Shown: positions 48,036-61,000, counted from the first letter of the stretch. The stretch: 64,000 nt of DNA from Lepidodermella squamata (GCA_047495785.1 JBLDXI010000024.1:2666001-2730000); one strand, 5' to 3'. Numbers and translations: made by a program. Notes: generated by a model not told the origin, from the sequence alone.

Positions 48036-50744
48036 ATGCTGGCCATATTTGCTGTTTTGCTAATTCTGCCTATCCTGGCGGCAAAGCCAGATGAAGATTG
48101 GGTTGCCAGACCAGAATTCGCGAACAAGCTACCAACTACCTTGACTCCAATTTTCGAAGCGGAGACTAAAATCTCTGGAGAATGCTTTGTCTACTGCCAG
48201 ATGAAAAACTGCGACAGTGTTGCGTACAGTAACTCGTTCAAGACATGTAAGCTCTATCAGCATCCTCCAAATGTAACAACACCACTACCGCCGCTGCGGC
48301 TCGATCTCGATTTTCAGCACCAAATGTACCACAAGCGACAGTTTTGCCCGCCTGATTGGGTAATGGATCCAGATAGCAATATCTGCTATTACATGAATGG
48401 AATGGATACCCCGCTCGATCGCAATGCAGCTTGGAAGGTCTGCGAGGAGACACATGGGTCAGTTCTGGTGACCTTTGAAACACCCGAGCAGCGATCGTTC
48501 CTTTACTCGGTTTGAGAAAGAACCGCCAATCACATATCCTTTGACATTACTTTATTACCAGGTACTTCGAAACAGCTACAGCGCCGTTTCAAAGTGGTGG
48601 ACTGGGTATGCTTTGTTTGACTCGAATCTTTGGAGCCGGCCTGTCGAGGAAATCAGTGGCTACGTGAAGAGACGCGGCGACTGTGGGGGTAGCGACATAA
48701 CAACCCCCGCATGCCTATCAGTCTCAGGCCCTCAGCAGTGCGCTGATCGCTGCAATCGAATATATGGCAGTCAGTGCGTGGCGTTCACCTACCTGAAATT
48801 AACCAAAATGTGCTGCCTGAAGTACAGTTCTTGTGAGAACCCTGCAGCGGATCTGACATCTGAGATCTGGGTTTACGAAAAGGTTAACGCTGACCGCCCG
48901 CCAAGTTACTCTACCACCGTCCAGTGTGGCAATATTGACATGAAATCAATACCAAACACTACTTTTAAGCAGTGCAGGGATGCTTGCCAGGCAACTATGA
49001 GCTGCATTTCATTTACGTTCTACTTGGGCACTTGCTATCTGAAGTACAAGTCATGCTTCGACGTTGACAAGACCGCAGCTGCGAATATGGTCTTCTACGA
49101 ATACGGCATCACCAACCCGGGCGTCTGTCCATTCGGTCAGCGTTACAGGGACGTCTGCCTCTCCCTCCATAAAGGCTATACAACTTTTTCTGCAGCTGCT
49201 ACAAGCTGCCGTAAGATGGGTGGTAAACTGATGACCCCGACAGGCACTATCAAGCACTCCCTAGTTTGGAATTACTTGAGTAGACGACTTTCGGCAAAGC
49301 GAGATGGCTGGGTTGATTGGTTGGATGATGGTCACGAGGGTAACTGGACGACGATGGATGGCAGCTTGACGCTGCTCGACCCATTCTATGATCGATGGCG
49401 TTGGATGTCGGGGTAAGTTGATTCGACTTCGATCTCTTGAATGAATCTTCCTCCAGTATTTAAGTATTTGCATATTTACCCAGAGAGCCTAATGGCGGGA
49501 CCAGCGAAAATTTTGGGCCAGTAACTTATTACTACACTAATACTGTTAACGGCTTTTCCATTGCCCCAATTTTCGACTCAAATCCAAACAGCGCCAAATG
49601 GCCACTTTGCGAAACGCGTAATAAAACCTAATAAGACCTACCATATCCTTTACCAAATGTAATTCTTTTTTAAGCAATATCCATGTCGTGGCCTGATGAT
49701 TGCCGTTTCACCCCGAATGGCCGTGAATACTATGGAACTGTGTCACAAACTGTTAGTGGTGTCGCATGCCGAACATGGGATCACGTTAACAACACCTACA
49801 GAGCTAACTGGCAAGCCTATCCGGACTGGTACCTAGGCCATTCGTACTGTCGCAACCCAGACCCGAACCTGTTCAACAACAGCGTGTGGTGTTATCGAAG
49901 CGACAATGGACAACCAGAGGCATGCAACGTACCTATGTGCCGTAAGTTGTCTATCTTAAGTTAGCGTCCCAAATAAAGGAAGTTAGGTCTCGATGTAATT
50001 GTAAAGTTTTGGGGGAGGGGGGATGAGAGGGTTCAGATTCTCTCACATCAATAAAATCATCCAACATCCAATTCCCGAAATAGTAGCCAACCTCCTCAAA
50101 ATAATACTATTTTGACTTGGTTGCTTTTCATCCCTTTCTTAGCCGAGTCTGATTGGGCTAATGGGCAGATTTTCAATAGCGTCTGGTATCCTCATGCAGC
50201 CATATCGAGTTCGCCTACAGCTTCAGAAGGTTACGACTGGACCACGGAGCCGCTGACTGGAACTGCAAATGCGTTATGCGAAATGAAGGCTGAGGACTGG
50301 TGCCCGTACTACTTCAAAGGTAGTTGCTACAAGCTGTACAGCATACCATCAACTTATGATGAGGCGAATGTTATCTGCAAGAAAATCAATTGGCACCTGG
50401 TTTCGATCACCACCTACGACGAGCAGCAATTTATTCAGAGTTTCACGATGAACGCTGGAAGTGAGCTCAAAATCACCTAGATTAGATTAGATCATGTTCC
50501 GAATATTTTTCTAGGAATGTATTTTGGCACGGGATTTTTGTGGATCGGACTGCGAAACTATGGGAGTGTCCCATCTGCAACATGGGAGAATGGCGAGCCT
50601 GCGACTTCTCTTTACTACAACCCTGGAGAGCCGAACGGCGGTAACTCATGCGCTGGCATTTGGCAGGACAAAGCTGGACTCTGGGACGATACGCCGTGTT
50701 CTAGCAGGTGCTTTTTCATTTGCGAGACTGAAATTGGCAAATGA
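48036..50744 (+). CDS. PAN/CTL/kringle protein, paralog L2
   Basis: Same exon and domain layout as L1. Confidence 0.85.
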
Positions 50745-51419
50745 GATTGGCCTATGCGAAGGATGACTTGAGCTATAAAGCTATAGTTGAATGACATTAT
50801 TCGTTCCGATTAATGAAGGAATCAGACTCGGTAATTCCTGATTGTTGAAATGAAAGTTCCGGGTTTACGGAATGTATAAGATATCAGGTAGAAGTTGAAA
50901 ATAAATGAGGTAGAAGTTGAAAAGGCATCACCGAATTATAAGGCACATACCCTCAAATGCGAACACGCGAACGTCCGTAATCCACTCAGCGAGCAATCCC
51001 TTGTGCGTTGTGTAAGTAAACAGTCGCTGGAAAGGACCGCAAGCTCATAGAATTTCGACGCCCAAAAATGAATTTTTAAGGTGGAAGCTGTTGCTTTAGC
51101 GTTTAGCGTACGTGATTTGCGTGCATGCATACTGCAATTGATTAGGTGAATTGAAGATCAATCCATAATAATAGACCGTGAAGCACTTAATTTGAAGGTT
51201 CAATTGTGACGTTAAATGTTGCGGGTGAATTGATGTCGCTGTTTTACAGTTTATGGTTATAAGGTGCACATTTTCCGGCCCGCCGGTGTTTCCTCCGCGC
51301 GCGCGCTCCTATTGGTTGGGGCTTATTGCGCAACATTTCAAACATTTCAAGATAATTATAGCCTCCCCCGCGCGCGCGCACTCGAACGCGCCCTGAGCTC
51401 CCGTGCGCTAAGTCTAAGT

Positions 51420-52130
51420 CAGTTTGCTGAAGTCGAAGACAAGCATGTTGCATGCTTTCCAACAAAAATCCCAGCAGGAGAGCTTCGCTATAAGGCGAGA
51501 CGGCTCGAAGGCAAGATTATGCAGCCGAGGCCGGAATGCCCTCGCTGTAGCAAATGTCAAAGCTTCAAACATGCTCGCAAGAACTGTCGCTCAACCTGGA
51601 AGTGTCCTCATTGTGCCGGGCCCCACCCATTTAACCATTGCCAGGTCAAACACGATGAACAAAAGAGGCAGTGCGCTAACTGCAACTCGAATAGCCATGG
51701 CGCCGGCTGGAGGGGTTGCTCGAGTCTTCGAGAGGCGCAAAACGTTGTCATCAAACGAGTCAGACTTGATGTGAAAAAGATTCTGAACCATGACAATATC
51801 GCAGCACCTTTGAATCAAGCTGATAAACCAGCACAGCCAGAACCGAAAAATCAACCAGGCGGTAACCGACCGCCTCAAAGAGACACTACAAAAACTCAAT
51901 CTAATGAGCTGAATGTCGAAATAAAAAGTCTTGTAGCAAAACTCGATGCACTGGCCGACGCACTTGCTGCTGTCTTGCAAGTCATCGCCACCACCAACCC
52001 AGGCGCGGCTACTGCCCTAGCTGAGCCCTTCAAAAACCTTCAAAATGCGTTCAACAGGACCTCGGCGCAAAAGCCTCGAGAAGATCGTGCAGATAAACAG
52101 ACCCAAAATTCAACGGAAGGAGACTGGTGA
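51420..52130 (+). CDS. LINE ORF1 (gag-like), 5'-truncated, three zinc knuckles
   Basis: CSKCQSFKHARKNC, CPHCAGPHPFNHC and CANCNSNSHGAGWRGC, typical of Jockey/I-group ORF1. The 5' boundary is approximate. Confidence 0.8.
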   Translation, partial: QFAEVEDKHVACFPTKIPAGELRYKARRLEGKIMQPRPECPRCSKCQSFKHARKNCRSTWKCPHCAGPHPFNHCQVKHDEQKRQCANCNSNSHGAGWRGCSSLREAQNVVIKRVRLDVKKILNHDNIAAPLNQADKPAQPEPKNQPGGNRPPQRDTTKTQSNELNVEIKSLVAKLDALADALAAVLQVIATTNPGAATALAEPFKNLQNAFNRTSAQKPREDRADKQTQNSTEGDW

Positions 52131-55025
52131 TCATCCAGTGGAACGCGAGGGGACTCTACCGGAAAAAGGCGGAGATCCTTAGAATTATTGAAAAATATCA
52201 TCCGCACATTATTCTTATTAATGAAACGCACTTTATTACCGATAGCACAGACGATTTCGAATTACCAAAGTATATCTCGTTCAGATGCAGTAGACTGAAT
52301 CAAGCATCAGGCGGTTCAGCCATATTCGTTCACGAATCTGTTCCAATCGACCGGCAACAGTACGCTAATAGAACAGCAGCCAGTGAATGGCTTGCCCTAA
52401 AGCTTAAGGATGATAAGGGCCGAGAGCTTATAATAGCAACCGGTTACACTTCACCAGACGAAGATATAGACTTGTCCTTCCTGGAAAATGTTCTCGGCGG
52501 AATCGATTTCAACGATACAGGAACCGCTTGTATCTTCGCAGGAGACCTTAATGCTTGGCACGATTCGCTTAAAACGGGAGGTAAAAGGAATAACGCATCG
52601 GGCATCGCCTTGAGCGAGTGGCTTGCTGCTGAAAATCATTACCTCTTAAGTGATGGTACCCCGACCCACTACTCACACGCAGGGGTGGGGCGGCAGATAG
52701 ATATTTGGCTGGCAAATGAAGCCGGTCGAGTACTGACGTCCAAACCTCCGACAGTTGGCCGAAAATTTGGCAGTGACCATACAATAACGGTAATGGACGT
52801 AGACTTTAGATCTTGTTCACCAACGGCGCAAGCAACCGCAGAATCTGAGCTTCGATATGACTGGAATAGGGTAAATTGGAGCAGTTTTCGTTCGCGACTT
52901 AAGGCTGAAATCAAATCAGTTGCGGAGCCTGTCAGGCCTAAACCAGGCGACTGCGTCACCACAATAGACGTATACCAGAAAGCAATAGTTAAAGCGATCA
53001 TGAACACCGTCGAAAAAGTAGTCCCCGTAGTACCAGCATGTAAAGTACAGACGTGGCAGCTGAACACTGAGATCGGCACCGCATTAGATCAGAGGAACGA
53101 AATGCAATCGCTATTCGATCGAACGGGGCTTCAGTTCGTTAAGAGCGAAGTAAACAAGCTGACCAAAAAGATCAAGGCCTTGGTGCAGGTTGAAAATGAG
53201 AAAGCCTGTAAAAAACACCTGCTGAAAGTTGCTAAGCACTTCAATGCTCGAATGAGCCGACCTGGGTGGAACGCCGCAAACCGACTGCTCAAAAAGAAAG
53301 CACGGCGAAAGACCATCGGTTCTCTCAAAGACGCCAATGGAAAAATAACATCCTGCCCCCATCAGAAAGCTCAGATACTAGCGTCGACCTTCGCAAAAGT
53401 AGTCGAATCGCCCCCTTCAAAAAACCCCTCGATTTCTAACGCTCTCTTTTGGTCACAGGTGGACAAAAAGTGTCTCCTTGAACCCAGGCTAAAACCTGTC
53501 TCGCACATTCCGGAGCACAAGGATACGAAGTTACGCATTCCAAAGAGTTCTATGCGAAGAATGGTAAAACTGTTGAAAAAATGGAAATCACCGGGTATGG
53601 ACGAGGTCCCAAACATCGTAGTAAAAGACGGAGGGAGTGCATTGTTGAGGCATCTCAGATGCCTCTACGAAATGAGCTTGAACTGTGGCTATCAGCCAAA
53701 GCAGTGGAAGGTCGCCATTATCACGCCCATCCTCAAAGATGGGAAAGACGGTAGTCTTGCCTCATCGTACCGTCCTATCTCCCTGCTCTCATGCATAGGG
53801 AAAGGGCTGGAACTCGTCATCGCTTCCTTCTTCTCGGAATGGCTGGAAAAGAAATGCTTTCTGCCAAATCATCAGTTTGGTTTCCGTCGTAGGAGACCTA
53901 CAGTCGACCCGTTATTTAGGCTTATAAGCGACGCAGCGCTTGCTATGGCGAAGCATATGAAATTAGTTGCCGTTGCACTCGATTTTCGCGCAGCCTTTGA
54001 CTGCGTATGGCACAACGGCCTTAGAGATAGGTTGATGCAATGCGATGCCCCGGACTTCATCTTGAGATGGGTCTCAGATTTCCTAAGCGACCGCTCATTT
54101 TGTGTCAGAATAGACAATAAAGAGTCCGATTTTTTCCCCATACGATGCGGTGTCCCTCAAGGGAGCCCGCTATCACCTTTGCTGTTTATTTTTTTCACTT
54201 CCGACATGCAGGAAAAGCATTGCGAACCCAACGATGCATTTGCACCCGGGTCAGTGGCTCGAGCGACGTTCGCCGATGATGCGCTCAACTGGGCAGCAGC
54301 TAAGTCCTATGGCGCAGCATGCCGAAGACTGGAAGACAAGCTGCAGGGAGTCACTACGTGGTGCGACAAGTGGAGGCTGGAACTGAACCTTCTGAAGTGT
54401 GAAGTAATGGTCTTCGGGTATTACAACAGAAGGCCGAAAGCTAAAATGAAACTCAACGGTAATCTTATCCCGCAAGTTTCGTCACTCAAATACCTTGGCG
54501 TAACGCTTACACCACGCTTAAGCTGGGACGAGCATCTATCGAGGCTGTCTTCGAAAGCTCGACCAAGAGCGGGTATCATCCGATCGGTGATGAGCAAGGG
54601 CGTTCTAGATCAGAATCTGGGAATCCTGTTTCATCGAGCAATGGTTGAAAGTTTGCTAATCTACGGCTGCCCAGCTTGGCTGTGTCTTTGTCCAACAGCA
54701 GAAGCCAAACTCATTTCGCTGCAAGTGCCTCAGGGCAGCCCTAGACCTGCCATACGAAGCTGACGACGCGGGTACAATCGCACTTTCAAGTGTGCCCTGC
54801 ATCACCGACACTTTCGAAAAAATGTCCGCTAAGTACATCGAAAGGTCCTTCCACAGCAGCAAAGTCATGGCCGACTACATCGCTTACGTGTCGACTTGCA
54901 AGTTCGATAAGAAGCAACAAAAGTATCTACTCGAGCACTGCCCAGCATGGCGACTGAAAAAATACATTCCGGCATTTATTGTCTACGAAGAAACCGCCCC
55001 GGAAAATTGGATAATTACTAATTAG
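52127..55025 (+). mobile_element. LINE ORF2: AP endonuclease + reverse transcriptase (Jockey/I-group-like, no RNase H seen); frameshift near 54721
   Basis: APE motifs QWNARG, INETH, GGSAI, GDLNA, IDIW, GSDH; RT motifs KSPGMD, YRPISLLS, QFGFR, DFRAAFD, GVPQGSPLSP, FADD, KYLGV. The C-terminus KCLRAALDLP...WIITN* continues in another frame. Confidence 0.92.
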
Positions 55026-56209
55026 CCGTCTAATCCATCATATTTCACAGTATACTCCGCTACATGTTTAATAACTCACCTATCGTAACGGTTATCATAC
55101 TTGTTACATATTTACATAGTTTAATTACAACCTATGATTGCAACTAATTTGTGTTTCCTTTTGTGCAGGCCCAAACGATACAACGGGGCGGCGAGGAGTG
55201 CGCGGCGTTGGCTGGCGGGGGTACTCCGCAGGGTCGCTGCCAGCATGGACACGGATCGTTTGATAGTTGAAAGCCCCTTGAAGGCAAGCATGTTGCATGA
55301 ATCACACCTGCATGGCTGGCCTCTGGTTGGCGAGGTGTAAATAAGAACATCGACACCCATCGACACAGTTGTTGTCTGATCCGAGAAGCCATGCTGGCAG
55401 GGACGTTCGGAAGTGGACCCGGCGTTGGCGGCGCGTATTCTTCGTTGTCCAGGCGAAAATGTTTTGGCCCGCACAATCTGGTGCACTTCACGATTACGAA
55501 ATAGTAGAATATAACATATACATATATACATCTGATTATATATATCTGATTGTACCATATGAGCCACAGCGACGAAAGTCGGACGGCTGACATATATTTT
55601 CTACTTACGAGACTTAAGAAATATTAATAAAACCTACATTTACCAAAAATATAAGCCCACCCTTGAAAAGGATGTTTGGTATTGTTAATACGACAACAAA
55701 ATTGACTGCATCGTGGCGGCCTACACGTCTTTATTTGATGGCTTATCTGTTCGTATCCAAAAACACCGGCCATAAGAATATAGATTTAAGAGAAATGATG
55801 TGATGGATTTTTTTCGAAGAACACGCTTTTTATGAAAAATTATAAAATTAAAAAAAAATAAACTGGAAATTGCCATTGTAGGCGCGCTATTTTAGGCTAT
55901 TTTAGGGTGATGTTGAACACTTCAGGGAAAAATTCTGTTCAAATTGAAATACCAATAAAAAAAGCGAGAATACGAAAATTTCGCCTTTCATGCCACCCAC
56001 CACGCATATCCAACCCCTAGCGCGCAGTTATTCTCCTGAATTTCGGACTTGTACATTTTCCATTTTCCTGCGCCCGCGCGAGGGAGGGCTGCAATTATTT
56101 GTTGCGCAATAAATGCGAGCGAGGCGTATTTACGCGTAAAACGAGCCAACCAATGGGAGCGCGTGCGCGGAGGAAACACCGGCGGGCCGGAAAATGTGCT
56201 TATAAGGTC

Positions 56210-57770
56210 AACCTGAAAAACAAAAAACTCATCCCTTATCCCTTCATTTGTGATAAATAATTCAAGGCCATCGATCCTATGCGTATGCAGTTTCTTCAGG
56301 TTGGCCAGGGCTAAAGGCTATAGACATGCAGTCTTGGTAAGTCTTCAACATTTTGTTCAAAACAATATGGCAGAGGTTAAATGAAGTGGCTGAAATCACA
56401 GCGCATCCAACTTCGATTAATTGAATAATTGAAATAGCACTAACTTATTAATCATGCAGTTAACGAAAAGTCCCTTCGAAATGACATGAGCTTCAGTAAG
56501 TTTATCTGACGTATCTGATGGCTGCGCTGGGCATCCTCGGGGTCTTTTTCGATGAAAAGCTCACTTGTAGCATAATTGTAGCATAATACATTCTCGGATG
56601 TAATTAAAACAATATTAAAAGCGTCACGAATCGATTACAACTTTGTCTTTGGAAAGTTAACTTGGAAAATATTATTTTGATACGAAAATGTGTTACTAAA
56701 AGGTTGCTGTCATTAGCGATGCGCCAAAACAACCACTTTGATGACACCCTCGATCGTATTTTGACGAGCCGAACGTAAAGAAGGAGTACGTTCGGCATAT
56801 TTGAGCACTGATCGTACTCGTCGTATTTGAATTTACGTTCAAGGGTCGAACGTACTTTCCATTAAAAAGCTATACATAGAAATGTGGTTGTTAGCCATTC
56901 GGAAATAGTCAACCGGAGATTTAAATTTCGATTTTGTTCAACCTGCAATTTCAAAGGTTTCTGATCATTTTTGATTGAACAACAAGTAACACCGTTTACG
57001 CAATGGTCTCATTGACCTCTGTGTCGATTCTTTCGAGTTGGAAATTTAAAATGACGACGCTGTTGAAAATTAATCAACCCGGCCGAAACCATCCTATCCG
57101 CCAGGACTTATACAGGCGGAATGCGTGATTTTAGTACTGCAAAAGCTGTCGGGAGGAATAAGTGAAGGAATAACTGAATTCTTAATGCTCTTAAGCTGAA
57201 GCTTCTTAATTCTTAAGCTGAAGGCACCTGACATAGAAATTGGGTTGCTGAATAATTGCCCGAATCAGCTAGGCGGATAGGAAAATTTCGGCCAGTTTTT
57301 ATATACAGCCTTAGCGGTGATAGATAAAGACAAAAAGATTTCAAAATCTTGATCAGGGCCGTCAACAACCTATATACTTGCCGTCAAATATGTTTCTCCC
57401 CCAGATAAATAATTCCGCAGTGAAAGGGTTAAGTCGCTCTTTCACATTTAATGGTTCATGCTGTAGAATGGTTCATAAGCTAGATGTTCATGCTGCAAAA
57501 CAAAAACTCCTTCCATCACTTTTTGTGAGTAATTCAAGGCCATCGATCGCATGCTTATGCAGTATCTCCAGGTTGGCCAGGGCTAACGGCTATAGATGAC
57601 AGCATGCCGTCTTGGTAAGTCTTCAAAATGTTCTTCACAAAGGTTAAATGAAGTGCCTAAAATGATGGCGCAACCAGCTTCGATTATTCGAACTATTGAA
57701 ATGGCATTAACTTATTAATCATGCAAATAACAAACATTCCTTTCAATTGAACGTGAGCTTCAAAAAACTA
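56210..57770. repeat. Diverged local duplication (about 56210-56500 vs about 57490-57765)
   Basis: Shared blocks TAATTCAAGGCCATCGATC, CAGGTTGGCCAGGGCTAA.GGCTATAGA, GTCTTGGTAAGTCTTCAA, TAACTTATTAATCATGCA. Confidence 0.8.
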
Positions 57771-58001
57771 CCCTAAAATACTTTGCTCGTGTAAGTATTT
57801 TTGCCGATGTGCAAGATATAATAACAACTTGGGCACTTGGGACCACAAAACAAACCGGACAAGAAGCGAACAGCACCTTGGGTGCTGCCTGCTGCCGCTA
57901 TTTATAATATTCATCTCGAGTGAGCAAATAAATAATGCAATAGCGCGAAAAAGAAGCTGACTGAAAGATGTCTGGGCCCATGTTTTAATTTCGAGCAAAA
58001 A

Positions 58002-61000
58002 ATGTTCACCTACTTTTTCATCGCTCTAATAGCATTGCCGAATCTTGATGCAAGGCCAGATGAGGACTGGCTTGGCAGATCAGATTTTGCCAACATGCTG
58101 CCATCAACATTGAGCCCGATTTTCGAAGTGAAGGCAGAAATATCCGGGGAATGTTTCGTCTACTGTCAGATGAAAAGCTGTGACAGCGTAGCATACAGTA
58201 GCGCATTCAAATCATGCAAACTGTATCAGCATCCACCAAACTTAACAACGCCCCTCCCGCCTCTACAACCTGACCTGCAATTCAAAAACCAGATGTACCA
58301 CAAAAGACAGTTTTGTCCCCCTGATTGGGTAATGGACCCAGATAGCCGGATCTGCTATTACATCAGCGGTATGAACAATGGGGTTGATCGCAATGCAGCA
58401 TGGAAGTTCTGCGAGGAAGCTCAAGGCTCGAGTCTCGTGACGTTCGAAACCCAGCAGCAACGAAAATTTCTTTACACGGTACAGTGAACAGTGTAGAAAA
58501 GATATAACAATAATGACCCATTTTTATCGCCACAGGTACTTGGAAACAATTACGGGACCATTCCAAAGTGGTGGACTGGTTACGCATTATTCGACTCGAA
58601 TCTTTGGAGCCGCCCAGTAGAGGAAATCAGCGGCTACGTCAAACGGCGAGGCGATTGCCCCTATGGCGATATAACAAGTCCGGCTTGCATACCAGCCTCC
58701 GGTCCCCGGGAGTGCGCTGATCGCTGCGACCGTCTCTATGGCAGCCAATGTGTGGCATTTGCCTTCCTGAAATTGACCCGGATGTGCTGTCTAAAGACTA
58801 AATCTTGCGAAATACCCACCGCCGATCTGACATCGGAAATTTGGATGTACGATAAAATCCATGCAGATCGCCCTGCGGCCAATTTCGCGAACTCACAATG
58901 CGCAAGTGTTGACATCAAAGGGATAGATGGCTTAACTAGAAAACAGTGCAATGACGCGTGTCTTAGCACGCCTGGCTGTGTCGCTTATTCACACGTGCCA
59001 TCGACATCACACTGCGTGTTGAAGTACAAAGGTTGCATCTCCGTGGGGAAGACTGCTGGCAACCCAGCTGTTTCGTACTACGAATTCGGCAGTAATAACC
59101 CTGGAGTTTGTCCCTACGGTCTTCGCTACCGAGATGTTTGCCTAGCTGTGAGTACAACTCAAACAGATTTTTACCCTGGCGCCACAACGTGCCGAAAAAT
59201 GGGTGGGAAATTGGTGACACCGTCCGGCTTGCTAAAACGAGCCTTGATTTCGTCATACCTAATGCAAATTAGGTCTCTAATAGACAGTTTATGCTATGTC
59301 GATTGGATAGACGATGGCCATGAAGGAAACTGGACTACCATTGATGGTAGTTTGACGCTGCTCGACCCATTCTACGATCGATGGGTGTGGTGGATAGGGT
59401 AACTCAGCGCTTCTCAAACGGTGGGTCGCGACCCCCGCGGGGGTCGCGGGCCCTTTTTTCGTGGGTCGCCGAGTCAGCCGGAGGTCGCGGGGGTCGCCTG
59501 TTGCTTTTCATAAAACTTGAATATTGCAAAAAATTTGGTTCATTTTTAGTCACTCTTCCAGAGAAAATCTTTAAAAATAGCGTTAGCTAAAGCTCGCTTC
59601 GCTCGCATCCAATTTTATTTGACTAAAAACCGTCTGAAATTGCTGTTGAGAGCCGAGTTCATGTATATTTCGATGAAATTATGTGAAAAAATGCTGTACA
59701 TTGGGTGATATTTTATTGCTTGGACCCAAAATGCTTGAAGTTTTGAGCATATTTTCCCACACTGAAAAATTGAAAAAATGCAAAAAATCGCTGGGGGTCG
59801 CAGCCTGGTAAAGCATTTTGATTTTGGGGTCGCTAGGTGTGCGGTGTTGAGAAGCCCTGGGGTAACTGCTTCTTCTGAGAAATGAAATTTTTTCATTTTT
59901 TTTAATTTCGCATCTCAGCGGTACGGAGCCTAATGGCGGGACACAAGAAAACTACAGTATATTACACTATAATAAAATCGACGTCATCAATGGCTATTCA
60001 AGTTATGCTCTCATTGACGGGGTCGGAATATGGCTGTCTGCCTGCGAAACGCGTAAGGAAAAGGCTTTTCCCTAACCGCACGGCATGCCATTTTCCTGTA
60101 ACTCCTTCACTTTAATAGCCATTTCAATGTCATGGCCAGAAAACTGTCGTTTCACACCGAACGGCCGTGAATACTATGGAACTGTATCTCAAACTGTCAG
60201 TGGGGTGTCTTGCAGGACTTGGGATCACGTCAACAATGCCTACAGAGCCAAATGGCAAGCCTATCCGGACTGGTACGTGGCTCACTCGTACTGCCGCAAT
60301 CCGGATCCGGGCCTTTTCAACAATAGCGTCTGGTGTTATCGAAGCGACAACGGCCAACCAGAAGCCTGCAACGTGCCTATGTGCCGTAAGTTTTCGTTTT
60401 AGTTTTTAGGCCTATCCATCATCCTTCAAATTGTATTATGGTTGATTCAAACCCCGATTTAATCGCGAAGAAATTTCGTAAAAGATTTGACCCACCTCAA
60501 CATATTACGACATAAAACTAAGAGCCGTTATGGAAAAGAAAGAATGTAAGAAATGAAAGGCCACTTCTTTCTTATGAACTTAAACTCAAAACGGATACAT
60601 ATTTCCTTGTCATAGCCGAGTCTGACTGGGCTAATGGACAGATTTTCAACAGTGTCTGGTATCCTCACGCTGCTATAACGAGTTCGCCATTGGCGTCGGA
60701 TGGCTACGACTGGACTACGGAGCCACTGGCTGGTACGGCTAATGTCTTGTGTGAAATGAAGGTGGAAGACTGGTGCCCGTACTACTACAAAGGCAGCTGT
60801 TACAAGGTGTACAGTGTTTTGGCAACGTATGACGAAGCTAACGCTATCTGCACGAAAAACAAATGGCACTTGGTCTCTATTACTAGCTTCGAGGAGCAGA
60901 AATATATTCAGAGTTTTACGATGAATACAGGGAGTGAGTACTTAATACATACTGACGCTCGTACACTTACTACGGCTTTTTTAACAGGAATGTATTTCAG

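Larger units (their letters stand above)
51266..56199. mobile_element. Mutator-like TIR element (4934 bp) enclosing a LINE
   Basis: TIR GCACATTTTCCGGCCCGCCGGTGTTTCCTCCGCGC, extending imperfectly over 100 bp; perfect 9-bp TSD TTATAAGGT (51257-51265, 56200-56208). Confidence 0.9.

Noticed and set aside
55121-55593. 148- and 149-aa minus-strand ORFs after the RT
   Set aside because: No domain signal; likely by-products of a GC-rich UTR.
55557-55595. SECIS element (ATGA...GA)
   Set aside because: Pairing gives a plain stem with a 2-nt bulge, not the tandem G-A quartet with correct helix length, and there is no selenoprotein UGA context.
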